A stretch of 64,000 nt of DNA from Nostoc sp. (GCF_036917395.1 NZ_JBALDI010000011.1:15446-79445), one strand, 5' to 3'. Positions 51,331 to 61,654 are shown, numbered from the stretch's first letter. Numbers and translations: made by a program. Notes: a model not told the origin generated them from the sequence alone.

Positions 51331-52617
51331 TTATATTCCAATTACCATTCCATAAAGTACATCTTTATTTGTTTCTAAGAATTCCTGGGTTTCCTGATCA
51401 TAATAAGCACCTATTCCACTACACTGAATTCCCAAATAATTACTAGTTAAATAAAGTCTCTGTCCGATAAAACCAGCTATTTGCATAGCAGTTTGATAAT
51501 TTAAATAATCTGACACAAAAAATAAAGTAACAGCGCCATCTTTAGCAATAGCTTGATTAATACATAAGTAACCTGTCTTTTCACTAAAATTACCTGTCTT
51601 AATCAGATACGTACCTTTATATAACCCAGGTGTCATTCCCTCGACTCGATGCACAACTGAGTAAATTTCTATTTCCTCATAATTTTCTGTCGGTATTGGC
51701 TGCTCAAGTTGCTGTACTATATATAAATAATCTTCTTGAGAAATAGACTCTTTCCGGAAACGTCTAATAGAACGTCTATTCCAAACAACTTGATAAAATT
51801 TATACTTGTCAAAGTCAAATTGAGGATACTCTAATTTCTGCTGACGACTCTTTTGTAGAGTAGTTGCTTGGTATGTATCTTCAATAAATTGATTTGATTC
51901 AAAATAATCAGTACCGCAGACAAAAGGAACTTTCAGCCTTAAGTGTCTGATTTTCTTGTCTTGTAGTTCTCCTGACACCGCACAAGCAGTGATCAACTCT
52001 TTATTCTCAAATCCCAAATCTGAATTGAGAGCTAATTTATCAAAGTCAAAAATTAGTTGTATATCTCGGTTGTGGAGAAAAGCTGAAGCTGCGATCGCAC
52101 CTAAATGGTGTCCGCTATCTAACAAGCAATATCTCATGCTCCTGTTTTGATATTTCCAGCTAGACCTATAATAAACACAACTAATTAAAAAGATGAATCC
52201 ATTGATACGTTTACCCGGTATAATATAACTCTCTAACCCATCATCAATTAATTCATAGATGAGCGTTAGACAATTATTCTCAACTTCTAGATGATATATA
52301 CCATCTACTATTCCTTCAATACCACGAACCTGTACGTAAACTTCCGTGGGATACAAAGCGCCTGCTGATGGATTCACTCGCAGTTTATATGGGCCATCTT
52401 TATACACTTTTTCCAGAGTTATCGCACTGGTTAACGAGATGAAAGAATGAACAGGATTATTGAGATTTAATTTCACTCTCCGATAAAATTTGGGATAAAC
52501 TTTAAATGAAGATGGCTGTGTTGAGGCATCTACATAATTTGGATCAATTTGTACTGATAAGTAAGAATGCTTGGTAGCGTCATGATATCCTTCGCTATAT
52601 ATCTTACTTTGTGGCAT
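51331..52617 (-). CDS. Nitroreductase family protein (SagB-like, two domains)
   Basis: NPSAGALYPTEVY, LDSGHHLG and RRSIRRF. Confidence 0.85.
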   Translation of the reverse strand: MPQSKIYSEGYHDATKHSYLSVQIDPNYVDASTQPSSFKVYPKFYRRVKLNLNNPVHSFISLTSAITLEKVYKDGPYKLRVNPSAGALYPTEVYVQVRGIEGIVDGIYHLEVENNCLTLIYELIDDGLESYIIPGKRINGFIFLISCVYYRSSWKYQNRSMRYCLLDSGHHLGAIAASAFLHNRDIQLIFDFDKLALNSDLGFENKELITACAVSGELQDKKIRHLRLKVPFVCGTDYFESNQFIEDTYQATTLQKSRQQKLEYPQFDFDKYKFYQVVWNRRSIRRFRKESISQEDYLYIVQQLEQPIPTENYEEIEIYSVVHRVEGMTPGLYKGTYLIKTGNFSEKTGYLCINQAIAKDGAVTLFFVSDYLNYQTAMQIAGFIGQRLYLTSNYLGIQCSGIGAYYDQETQEFLETNKDVLYGMVIGI

Positions 52618-53068
52618 CTTTAAGTATCCTTAAAACTTCTACATTGCTGGCAAAATCGATAGCTTTATAGTCGTCTAAGTTTTTTAAATCTAAGTTAGGA
52701 TGATGTGGTAAAAGTAACTTGACGACTTCTGTCTTTCCAGATGATGCTGCATACATTAAAACAGTTGCACCATTATCATTTTGGTTGTCAATGTTAATGT
52801 TGACAGCCAGCAGCAAATTAATTAAATCGTAGTGGTTTCCAAAACAAGCAAACCACAAAGCATTATTGCGATCGCTATTTCGAGCATTAATATCCACACC
52901 TGCATTAATCAGCTCTTTGACGACTGCATAAACTCCCTCTCTTGTAGCTTTCATCAAAGCTGTATCGCCATTTTCACCTAGCTGATTTAAATCTCCAGGA
53001 TTATAGCCTTTTGCTATTAGCCATTGGGTTGTTGCTTCACTCAAATCTTGCCTGCTAACTTGACTCAT
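52604..53068 (-). CDS. Ankyrin-repeat protein
   Basis: GDTALMKA, RNNALWFAC and GATVLMYAA repeats. Confidence 0.92.
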   Translation of the reverse strand: MSQVSRQDLSEATTQWLIAKGYNPGDLNQLGENGDTALMKATREGVYAVVKELINAGVDINARNSDRNNALWFACFGNHYDLINLLLAVNINIDNQNDNGATVLMYAASSGKTEVVKLLLPHHPNLDLKNLDDYKAIDFASNVEVLRILKDATK

Positions 53069-53184
53069 AATTGTTCTTTAAATGTCAGGAGTGTAAGTAA
53101 TTTTGAAGCATAAAATTGCTTGCAAAACTTAATGGTGGGTATTCCCCACCATTATTTTAAAATCCTATACGAGTAGCTGAAGTC

Positions 53185-53301
53185 TAGTAGTTTACCAAAG
53201 CAACTTTCTCAGGTATTCAAAAGTTTGGTAAAATGAAAAAAATATTTCACCACTCCCTACTCCCCGCCCTCATCCAGCAATTTTGGATTGGTCGAGTACT
53301 A
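53185..53301. mobile_element. MITE-like element
   Basis: Imperfect TIR TAGTAGTTTACCAA ... TTGGTCGAGTACTA (11/14); internal CCCTACT/CCCCGCC heptamers. Confidence 0.35.
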
Positions 53302-53721
53302 AGTTGATTAACAACAATTTAGCTTAGTTATATATTATCACTATGATAATTTTAAATTATGAATCATTTATAAAGATACCCAGATATATCTAAGAAAAAT
53401 ATTAAAATACAATTTAAATGCAGTATTTTTTACAATATTATTTCAATATCTAAAGTAATAGCAGATATAACTTTTGCGTAAATAGTTACTAGTTCGCTGT
53501 AGCGTCAGTTTGCCTAGCTTTAATAATGGGATTTTGCCCATTGTCTTATCTTGCTCAAATTCGATGTAATGTTTCCATTGAATCTTGTGTCTAATAAAAC
53601 ATAGATATAATGCTGAGATTTCCTTTATATCCCTGACAGTTATTAAGAAATATCAAAAAATTTCCTCTTTTCAAAAAAAAATGTTAGTTTGTTTAAGTAC
53701 GAAGTAAAACACAGACAAAAA

Positions 53722-53931
53722 ATGGAAATTAGCGCTCGTAACTCTATCCAAGGTACTGTAAAAAAAGTTGTGCCTGGTACAGTTAATACTGAAATAACTT
53801 TAGAAGTGGCACCAGGTGTAGAGTTAGTGTCAATAATTACAAAATCATCAGCTGAAAAGCTAGGACTTGTAGAAGGTAAGCAGGCTTATGCCGTGATTAA
53901 ATCATCAGATGTGATAGTTGCTGTTGAATAA
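53722..53931 (+). CDS. mop: Molybdenum-pterin binding protein (TOBE/molbindin)
   Basis: ISARN...G.V and SIIT..SAEKLGL...AVIKSSDV. Confidence 0.92.
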   Translation: MEISARNSIQGTVKKVVPGTVNTEITLEVAPGVELVSIITKSSAEKLGLVEGKQAYAVIKSSDVIVAVE

Positions 53932-54393
53932 AAAATAGGCAAGTTGCCTTTTCTTGCAAGCGGTATCTCTAATATGAAATTGCATTCATATCTATAAATT
54001 GAGTGACCTCACTCGTGTAATTAATTAGGAAAGGAGTGAGGTCAAGAGGATATTCTATAGATGTTAATTAATTCGATTATCAATATTGTGGATATAAATA
54101 GCGCGAATACTTTCTATATCTACTGCTAAAAATGTATTTCCTACTTTAATAATTAATCAGAGAAAATTTTGTTATAAAGTGATAGTAGTTCCTAATGTTC
54201 CCACCATTGATATAAGTTGTTTGAAGATTATTTCATCCTGAGTTTTATAGAAGGTAACGATTCCTCGCTCTCGCGTTATCAATAATTTTAATAATTATAA
54301 ATTAGGAATTCTGAAAGGAAGAAGGAAGTATATTTTCATCCTTCATCCTTCATCTTTTATTTGGTCGCCGAAGGTAGCAACCAAAGTAATAGT

Positions 54394-54693
54394 TTAGACG
54401 AGATAGGGTTCTTGATGTGTCTTAATTGTGCAATTAGAACGAGGATAAGTGACACAAAGTAGAGCGAATCCTTTAGAAATCTGCTCGTCATCTAGGAAGT
54501 TTTGATCTTCTTGATCAATTTCACCTTCAACGACCTTGCCAACACAACTAGAGCAAGAACCTGCTTGACAAGAAGCTGGCAAGTCAATATCATTGTCATG
54601 CGCTGCGTCCAAGATGGTAGTCTCTTCGTCAACTTCAATTGTGGTGTCGAGGTTTTCTTTTTTGCTGATTAATCTAACTTGGTAGGAAGCCAT
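54394..54693 (-). CDS. fdxH: Heterocyst [2Fe-2S] ferredoxin
   Basis: CQAGSCSSC...LLC plant-type motif, KK at positions 11-12, and THQEPYL C-terminus; follows hesB. Confidence 0.9.
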   Translation of the reverse strand: MASYQVRLISKKENLDTTIEVDEETTILDAAHDNDIDLPASCQAGSCSSCVGKVVEGEIDQEDQNFLDDEQISKGFALLCVTYPRSNCTIKTHQEPYLV

Positions 54694-55097
54694 TTTCCGA
54701 TTCTCCTCAAATGTTATACAGTTGGTCTAATTTACGAAGTTTTTGAGCAACCTATCCTACTTTTTGCTTCCCTTCTTCTTACGGAGATACTACGCTTAGT
54801 TGGCTTCTCTATATCGGTAAAGGATGCAACACGAACTAGAAGCTACCTCAAGGCAAGGCGATCGCATCTATGGGAAGCCTCTACAATTGACTGTGCCAAT
54901 TTTAGATTTTAAATTTTAGATAATAGAAGAAAGAATTGAAGAATTAAAAATTATTTCGGTTTATGCCCCGACATTGTGTAGGCGGAACAAATCTTTTTAT
55001 CCAAAATTTCAAATCCTCAAGCCCCAACTCTTCTGGAGTGGTTTCTTTCAATCCAAAATCGGCAATCCAAAATCCAAAATTGCTTAACGGAATGATG

Positions 55098-55472
55098 TTA
55101 GCTGCAAGGTACACCAGTAGGCTTACTGTCACCTGCTTTGACGGACTTTCCACAACCACCGCATTTATCAGTTGCATTGGGGTTGGTGAACTTAAAACCG
55201 CTTTCCATCACTCCCTCAACGAAGTCAACCACAATTCCTTCTAATAACGACGCACTTTTGGCATCAACGTAAACCAGCACTTTGCCTTGCTGGCTTACCA
55301 AATCATCTGGTTGGGGCTTGCTGGTGATATCCATTGCATATTCATGGCCACTGCAACCACCATCTTTTACTGAGATGCGGATACCTTTAGTTGCGCTATT
55401 AGCGTTGGGTGTGGAACCTTGGAGCAATCCCCGCAGATGTAATTCTGCTTTTTCTGATAAAATAACGCCCAT
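55098..55472 (-). CDS. hesB: IscA/HesB Fe-S assembly protein
   Basis: GGCSG and CGGCGKS motifs. Confidence 0.9.
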   Translation of the reverse strand: MGVILSEKAELHLRGLLQGSTPNANSATKGIRISVKDGGCSGHEYAMDITSKPQPDDLVSQQGKVLVYVDAKSASLLEGIVVDFVEGVMESGFKFTNPNATDKCGGCGKSVKAGDSKPTGVPCS

Positions 55473-55526
55473 TACGTCTCCTGATTTATAGCGATTAGTT
55501 GTTCTGATTTCAGGTGGGGACGGAAA

Positions 55527-56330
55527 TCAACTATTTTGTGCAATACCCGTGGGTTCCATCGAATTGGATTGCGCGTGTCTCCAAGGCGCACTATTACCGC
55601 ATACTGGACAAGAGCGATCGCGGTGAGAACGGCGTTTAGCAAATTCCATCCGATTCAAGTCGATTGTCAGCAATTGTGATAATAGAGGCTGACTAAACCC
55701 GGTGATCAGCTTGATTGCTTCCAGTGCTGTTAAACAAGCCAGTGTCCCAGAAACAGCGCCTAAAACTGAAAAGCCGCGCTGATCCCAATCAGGCTTTTCT
55801 GGAAACAGACAAGACAAGCAAGGAGTCACACCAGGAATAATCGTCGTCAGGTATGCCTCCATCCCATTCATTGCGGCTTCCACCATTGGCTTACGCGATC
55901 GCACGCAGGCTTCATTCAACAAATTGCGCTCTGTAAAGTTATGGGCGCAATCAAGAGCCATATCAGCGGACTGCACCAATGAATCTACATTTTCCGGGGT
56001 GATGTAATCATGAACAGTTTCCACTTGGACATCAGGATTAATTGCATCCAGAGTTTCTTTAGCTTTGAATACCCTTGGCTTACCTACCCAATCATCCGTC
56101 ATGAGAACCTGACGATTCATATCATCTAGCCGCAAGTCACCACCCCGGACTAGGATTAGCCGCCCAACGCCCGCTACTGCTAAGTAAAGCGCCGCCGTAC
56201 CGCCTAATCCCCCCACACCTGTAACCAGAACCGTCGCTGACTTCAAGCGCTTCTGTGCTGTTTCGCCAAAATTCGGAAGCATCATTTGGCGACGATAGCG
56301 TTCTAATTCGGTAGGCGTTAGGTTAACCAA
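55527..56330 (-). CDS. hesA: HesA/MoeB/ThiF family protein
   Basis: RYRRQ, GVGGLG, NRQ, DCAHNF and CPVCG. Confidence 0.93.
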   Translation of the reverse strand: MVNLTPTELERYRRQMMLPNFGETAQKRLKSATVLVTGVGGLGGTAALYLAVAGVGRLILVRGGDLRLDDMNRQVLMTDDWVGKPRVFKAKETLDAINPDVQVETVHDYITPENVDSLVQSADMALDCAHNFTERNLLNEACVRSRKPMVEAAMNGMEAYLTTIIPGVTPCLSCLFPEKPDWDQRGFSVLGAVSGTLACLTALEAIKLITGFSQPLLSQLLTIDLNRMEFAKRRSHRDRSCPVCGNSAPWRHAQSNSMEPTGIAQNS

Positions 56331-56340
56331 TTTATACCTC

Positions 56341-56658
56341 TTAATCAGAAGTGATTTCTGTCAGTGTGACTACATTTTTCGGCTTGTCGTTAAACACTTT
56401 GAACAGCTTTTGTTCGTGAGGTGTTGATTCAATAAATACCTGATAGGCTTTTTGTAAAGCCAAAGAATATTGATTTAGTCTCTCTTCTTGACTCAAGTCA
56501 GGAGACTGATCATCAATTTCCTTCATATATTGAGAAAACTTTTTCAGAATATGTAGACGATTTACATCTACAACTTCTAAGTCGTAAGACATATTAAAGA
56601 ATTGAAAAAATTCTTCTGCATCTACGAGCTTCTTGAATTCATCCATTGTTCCAGTCAC
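56341..56658 (-). CDS. nifW: Nitrogenase-stabilising protein NifW
   Basis: AEEFFQFF...VNRLHILKKF; GTG start at 56658. Confidence 0.93.
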   Translation of the reverse strand: MTGTMDEFKKLVDAEEFFQFFNMSYDLEVVDVNRLHILKKFSQYMKEIDDQSPDLSQEERLNQYSLALQKAYQVFIESTPHEQKLFKVFNDKPKNVVTLTEITSD

Positions 56659-56742
56659 GTCGCTTCGCTCCGAATTCAAAATTCAAAATTCAAAATTAAC
56701 AATTCCCATAGATTTAGGGGCTTGTATCCTTTTCGGCTTAGG

Positions 56743-56958
56743 TCATTTAGCATTCTCCAATTGTTTCAGATGTTGCTTAAGCTCATCTAACTTGCGAAAA
56801 ATTTCATAAGTTGCGGCTGCAACATCCATAAGTTGTTTGTAATCTGTTGGCAGACCTTCAGCTAAATCATGCAGATCCATTTTCATTTGACCTGCTTTGC
56901 TGTTAAGCCGTCTGATTTGTCCTTGTAGTTCCTCAATACTGGTTTCTTCTGCTTGCAC
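56743..56958 (-). CDS. DUF683 / CCE_0567-type small nif protein
   Basis: KAGQMKMDLHDLAEGLP motif. Confidence 0.85.
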   Translation of the reverse strand: MQAEETSIEELQGQIRRLNSKAGQMKMDLHDLAEGLPTDYKQLMDVAAATYEIFRKLDELKQHLKQLENAK

Positions 56959-57193
56959 AATCAGCCACTCCACATTGGATTTTGGATTTTAGATTTTAAA
57001 TTTTGGATTGGATGATATTGTTTTAATCAAATAGTGATGAGACTAGTACAACACGGCATAAATCTAGCTACCATCTCAATTAATCCGACAAGGAGATTAA
57101 GCCCTTTGTTTGTTAAAGGTAGGCAAACTTCCGTCACAGTGTACTAATGATTAAAACTTGAATCCAAAATCCAAAACCCAAAATCTAAAATTG

Positions 57194-57670
57194 TTACAGG
57201 TTGCCAACTTCTGGAAAGCGTTTCGCCAAATCAATGCCTTTTTTGACGTAGTTTTCTCCCTCTTCTGCTAATTTATCGAGCGAGTCAAAGCCAAAGCGTT
57301 GAGCATCTCGCAAGGTTTTCACAGTTAGCAAAAGACGACCAGAAAATACTAACGCCCAGCCAAATCCTTCATGGCTCAAATCAACTACAACCTGGGATAT
57401 CAAACCTGTTTCCTGTTCAATCCCAGCAGCTACAGCTCGAAAAAATGCCATAATCCGAGCTTGAGTTATCGGATCAACTTCGCCCTCAATGGAGATTTCC
57501 CGTTTCTTTTGTTTGGTGACAATAAAGGGTTTGAGAATCAACTCATCCGACCAACTACGATAAACTCCATAACTGTCTTGACCCCGAATTTGTTTAATTA
57601 ATACCTTAAGGAAAGGTGAGTTCAAGACTTCAGTTGTAGCAGTTCCATTAAGACTATTATTTGTCGTCAT
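57194..57670 (-). CDS. NifX-associated protein (DUF269)
   Basis: LIKQIRGQDSYG, LSHEGFGWALVF and LRDAQRFGF. Confidence 0.9.
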   Translation of the reverse strand: MTTNNSLNGTATTEVLNSPFLKVLIKQIRGQDSYGVYRSWSDELILKPFIVTKQKKREISIEGEVDPITQARIMAFFRAVAAGIEQETGLISQVVVDLSHEGFGWALVFSGRLLLTVKTLRDAQRFGFDSLDKLAEEGENYVKKGIDLAKRFPEVGNL

Positions 57671-58080
57671 ACCGTTGCTTCATTTTCAACTTCATCGGCA
57701 AAGTTTTTGCTTTTTGGCTGTAAAGCTTTACGTAACCAAGGTGGGGGATTACCTTTGAGAGTTTTCACGAGCTTAGTTAGCACTTCACTAACTTCTTCTT
57801 CTTCCGATCGCGCCTTCACTGGGGTGACACCTTTCTTGATTAACCGAGCAGCCGCGCTCCCGCCAATAGCTAAAACATAAATAATTGTGCAATCACCTAA
57901 TGCTTCAATTTTTGGGGCGAGTTTACTCTCATTATTCTCTTCTTTAATTTCATAATTAAATGTGATAGTTTCTAGAAAGTGATATCCTTCATCTGAAATT
58001 TCATAAACATCAATTTGTTCTGACCCTCCAAAGTGAGTATTAATATGAACTCCGTCACTTGTCGTAAAGGCAATTTTCAT
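57667..58080 (-). CDS. nifX: FeMo-cofactor biosynthesis protein NifX
   Basis: KIAFTT...HFG, AIGGSAAA and PPPWLRKAL. Confidence 0.93.
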   Translation of the reverse strand: MKIAFTTSDGVHINTHFGGSEQIDVYEISDEGYHFLETITFNYEIKEENNESKLAPKIEALGDCTIIYVLAIGGSAAARLIKKGVTPVKARSEEEEVSEVLTKLVKTLKGNPPPWLRKALQPKSKNFADEVENEATV

Positions 58081-58150
58081 CGTGGTTTGTCCTTTGTCAA
58101 TTGTTAGTTGTCAGTTGCTAATGACTAGTGACTACTGACGAATGATTATT

Positions 58151-58248
58151 AGATGCGATTAATCGCGTCTATTGTACAGACGCAATTAATCTAGTACAGA
58201 TGCGATTAATCGCGTCTATTGTACAGACGCGATTAATCGCGTCTCTAC
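58151..58248. repeat. Cluster of four copies of the AGA(C/T)GCGATTAATCGCGTCT palindrome overlapping the nifN 3' end
   Basis: Copies at 58151, 58178 (partial), 58198 and 58225, with ATTGTAC spacers. Confidence 0.9.
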
Positions 58249-59541
58249 TAATGACTCTTCTTGTTCTAAAAACAAGTTGCCTATGCCAAACAGAAGTTCC
58301 ATCGTGCCTCGATAGCCAACTTTGGTAAACTGACCATTACCTAAACGGTCATAAATGGGCAGTCCGAGACGATAAAGAGGAATCGAGAGCCGTTTAGCGA
58401 TCGCACTTACATTCGAGTTACCAATCAGCAAATCAGAGCCGTCTGCTAGACTCTCAAAATCTTCCAAATCACCGATGGTGATGCTTTTAACCGAGAGTTT
58501 TTCTAGTAAGTGCGATCGCGTGGTAGTCACCGCAGCGTGAATCTGCGCTCCCATCGATTGCAGGAAATGCACTGTTGACCATAGCAAATCTGGTTCTAGC
58601 GCTAGGGAAACTCGTTTTGCACCAAAGTAAAAGTGAGTGTCCAACATTGCATCTTGCAACTGACGGCGTTGGCGGCGGTATTTTTCGGGTACGCTGTTAC
58701 CACTCAGAATCGCTAATGCTTGGATAAACTCATCTACCGGTTCTAATCCAGTCAGTTCGCCAAACACCTCATAAGGTGTGCCAAAGCGTTCTTCTAGAAT
58801 CTTTGCAGCATCCCGCATACTTTCACCCAATGCTAGGGTAAAAGCAGAACTACCTACTTCTTGTAGCTGTTTTAAGGTAGTTCCACTGACTGTAACTGCA
58901 CTATAACCATCCTCTAAGTGTCCATCTAAGGAAGCCCCAAGGTCAGGTACAAAGATAGGCACTAGTCCAAAGGCTGTGACTATCTCTTTGATTTCTTGTA
59001 CATCCCCTGGTGTGAAGGCAGAACCCGCCAAAACCGTGACTTGTTCAGTTCTGAGTTCACCTGGTTGAGGAATTTCCTTAACTATGCTTTCCACAGCAAC
59101 AGCAAAGCCATCTTGCAACGCCCCTTTAAAATCTGGGGTAGGTGCAAAAACGATCGCTAAATCATTCAATTCTGGATGGCGATCGCGAATTGCTTTGATA
59201 AAGCCCTCAATGTCATCCCCTCTGGTTTCAGTCAATCCCGTGGTGCATAAACCAATAATTTCCGGGTTAGCCTTTTCTACCAAAGTGAGAATTGCTTGTT
59301 CCACATTCTCTTCGCCACCCAAGATAGTAGTGACTTCCGTCATCGCTGTTGTAGCTAGGGGAATCGCTTCCCGGAAATGCCGCACCAGGACAACTTTGGC
59401 GAAAGCAGTACAACCTTGAGAACCGTGGAATAAGGGCATCGTCCCTTTCAATCCCAAAAAGGCTAAGGTTGCACCCAAAGCTTGACTTTGTTTGAGGGGA
59501 TTAACTGTCAGTGATTTGTTAGAAACAGTGACGATCGCCAT
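58216..59541 (-). CDS. nifN: FeMo-cofactor scaffold NifN
   Basis: PLFHGSQGCTAF and RRQLQDAMLDTH. Confidence 0.97.
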   Translation of the reverse strand: MAIVTVSNKSLTVNPLKQSQALGATLAFLGLKGTMPLFHGSQGCTAFAKVVLVRHFREAIPLATTAMTEVTTILGGEENVEQAILTLVEKANPEIIGLCTTGLTETRGDDIEGFIKAIRDRHPELNDLAIVFAPTPDFKGALQDGFAVAVESIVKEIPQPGELRTEQVTVLAGSAFTPGDVQEIKEIVTAFGLVPIFVPDLGASLDGHLEDGYSAVTVSGTTLKQLQEVGSSAFTLALGESMRDAAKILEERFGTPYEVFGELTGLEPVDEFIQALAILSGNSVPEKYRRQRRQLQDAMLDTHFYFGAKRVSLALEPDLLWSTVHFLQSMGAQIHAAVTTTRSHLLEKLSVKSITIGDLEDFESLADGSDLLIGNSNVSAIAKRLSIPLYRLGLPIYDRLGNGQFTKVGYRGTMELLFGIGNLFLEQEESLVETRLIASVQ

Positions 59542-59702
59542 TACAATACCTCCTCATTCCACAGGATGGACTTTCTCGTTCCCCGGCAGAGCCAGGGAAT
59601 GCTGACAGTGAGGCAAAGCCTCATCTGCTTTAAAACGAAGGGCAGCAGCCCTCCCGGAATGCGTTCCCAGGTTCCGCCTGGGAACGAGGGTATAAGAGCC
59701 AT
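59541..59702 (-). CDS. 53-codon bridging ORF between nifE and nifN
   Basis: ATG overlaps the nifE TAA (TAATG at 59704-59700); its TAA overlaps the nifN ATG (59543-59539); no internal stop. Translation is not shown. Confidence 0.45.
   Translation of the reverse strand: MALIPSFPGGTWERIPGGLLPFVLKQMRLCLTVSIPWLCRGTRKSILWNEEVL
59575..59688. mobile_element. 114-bp REP/MITE-like hairpin element
   Basis: Ends CTCGTTCCC...GGGAACGAG; each end contains an 8-bp hairpin; central GAGGC-TTT-GCCTC hairpin. Confidence 0.75.
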
Positions 59703-61081
59703 TAAACTGCTTCTTCTTCCCAAGGAGCGGGCTTACGTATTTGCTCCCAAATTGGGCTATACAGAGCTTCATACAGTTCCCGCGCCATCTCAATCATCCC
59801 CACATAACCTGCATAAGGATGGTGACGTTCTTGGTTGATATCAAGGAAAGGAATTCGAGCTTTCAAAGCGGTGTATTGGTTACGACCACCAGCAATCAGC
59901 ATATCTGCTTTGGTGTCTTTAACCACTTGTAGCAATTCTTTAGCGTTACCCTTCTCCAACATGATGCCATCATTGCCGAGCAACTTCTTGATTTTAGCTT
60001 TATCTTCCTCGGTACTTTTTCTAGTACTGGTAGCAACAACTTCAATCCCTAAATCTTTAGCAGCGGATATAATGGACCAACTCTTAACACCACCTGTATA
60101 TAAAATAACCCGCTTACCTTTTAGTCGAGCGCGATATGGAGCCAATGCCAAATCTAAAGCAGCCGTTTCTTCTGCAATCAGCTTTTCTGTGCGCTCCTGC
60201 AAATCAGCGTCGCCTAATTTAGCAGCGATATTTCGCAGACAACGATTCATATCATCGATGCCGTAGAAAGACTCTTCAATGTAGGGGATGTTGTAACGCT
60301 CCTCCATCTTTCTCGCCATGTTGAGCAACGCTCGTGAGCAGATCATGACGTTGAGCTTGGCACGGTGGGCGTAGCGAATTTCATTGTAGCGAGCATCGCC
60401 CGTAATTTTAGATAAAATACGGATGCCTAATTTTTCTAGCAGTGGTGTTACTCCCCACATTTCCCCGGCGATATTGTATTCACCGATTAAGTTAATATCA
60501 TAGGGCGTTGTATGTTCCGGTTCTGCTGTGCCGACAACATATTCCAATAAAGATTCACCGCCAAAACGGTTGCCGAGATTTTTACTGCCAATGAATCCTG
60601 GGGCAATGACGGGAACAACAGGAATACCAATTTTCTCAGCTGCCGCTTTGCAGACAGCATCCATATCATCACCAATTAAGGCTGTAACGCAAGTGGCATA
60701 GACAAATACTGCTGCTGGTTGGTAGCGCTCTTTGAGTTCCAGAATCGCTTTGTAAAGCTTCTTTTCGCCACCGAAGATGACATCATTTTCACCCAAGTCA
60801 GTGGTAAAGCCCATTTTGTAGAGTTGAGGGCCAGAAGAAAGACTACCACGACTGCCCCAGGAATTACCAGCACAGGCTATAGGACCGTGGACTAAATGAG
60901 CAGCATCTGCGATCGGCACTAGGGCAATCATTGCACCATCAAAGGCGCAGCCCCCTTGAGCTGCGCCAGGTTGTGCCTGTTGGGCGCAAGACTTACTTTT
61001 CTTTTCGGATTGTTTGTGCTGATTATGCTCGCATCCTGTCTCAGTCAGCAGCTCGTTGATTTTGCCTTGGGTGATTTTCAT
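59702..61081 (-). CDS. nifE: FeMo-cofactor scaffold NifE
   Basis: [19 protein letters not shown] and YTGGVKSWS; ATG at 61081. Confidence 0.97.
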   Translation of the reverse strand: MKITQGKINELLTETGCEHNQHKQSEKKSKSCAQQAQPGAAQGGCAFDGAMIALVPIADAAHLVHGPIACAGNSWGSRGSLSSGPQLYKMGFTTDLGENDVIFGGEKKLYKAILELKERYQPAAVFVYATCVTALIGDDMDAVCKAAAEKIGIPVVPVIAPGFIGSKNLGNRFGGESLLEYVVGTAEPEHTTPYDINLIGEYNIAGEMWGVTPLLEKLGIRILSKITGDARYNEIRYAHRAKLNVMICSRALLNMARKMEERYNIPYIEESFYGIDDMNRCLRNIAAKLGDADLQERTEKLIAEETAALDLALAPYRARLKGKRVILYTGGVKSWSIISAAKDLGIEVVATSTRKSTEEDKAKIKKLLGNDGIMLEKGNAKELLQVVKDTKADMLIAGGRNQYTALKARIPFLDINQERHHPYAGYVGMIEMARELYEALYSPIWEQIRKPAPWEEEAV

Positions 61082-61154
61082 CTCTCTTTTCGTGTTCGAT
61101 GGAAGTTTTCTTTGCCATTTGTCATTTGAATAACTAATGACCAATGACTAATAA

Positions 61155-61496
61155 TTAGCAAATGTATTTTTTGACATCCTCTCCACATACATCGGCAAGG
61201 TAAGATAAAGCACGGAAACGCAATCCTACAAATTCGTCATATAAAGGATTGAGTTTACACAGTGGTGGGATATCAATAGACCGCCCAAATAATTTAATTT
61301 GGCGCTCAAAGGGACAACAACAAGGAATTGTTTGGCAAATTAGATGAGCAAAGCGATTATTTTTAACCTGAATTTCATCCACTACACGGCGCAAGGGATT
61401 AAGAAGATTGTTGAATTTCCCTGGTTTTTTATAGTTAGGTGGATGGTAATTCGGATGAGTGTGAGTGTGTTCGTGAGTGTGATTGATGGTTTCCAT
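61155..61496 (-). CDS. Mo-dependent nitrogenase C-terminal-like domain protein
   Basis: AHLICQTIPCCCPFER...IPPLCKLNPLYDE motif; between nifK and nifE. Confidence 0.85.
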   Translation of the reverse strand: METINHTHEHTHTHPNYHPPNYKKPGKFNNLLNPLRRVVDEIQVKNNRFAHLICQTIPCCCPFERQIKLFGRSIDIPPLCKLNPLYDEFVGLRFRALSYLADVCGEDVKKYIC

Positions 61497-61539
61497 TTAT
61501 AGATACCTTGGGTAAATGCTAGAAAGAAAAAGGGAAGTT

Positions 61540-61613
61540 GGGGATTAGGGATTGGGGATTGGGGATTGGGTTTGGATATTTCCCTACTCCCTACTCCCTA
61601 GTCCCTACTCCCC
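61540..61613. repeat. Inverted STRR tracts (GGGGATT)n / (CCCTACT)n downstream of nifK
   Basis: G-rich then C-rich heptamer runs able to form a long hairpin. Confidence 0.7.
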
Positions 61614-61654
61614 TTCTTCACCCTTAATTAACACGTTGTGTTTATACGTAATTT

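Noticed and set aside
51331-52617. SagB-like nitroreductase as part of a RiPP/TOMM cluster
   Set aside because: No YcaO cyclodehydratase or precursor nearby; the gene occupies its usual nif-flanking position.
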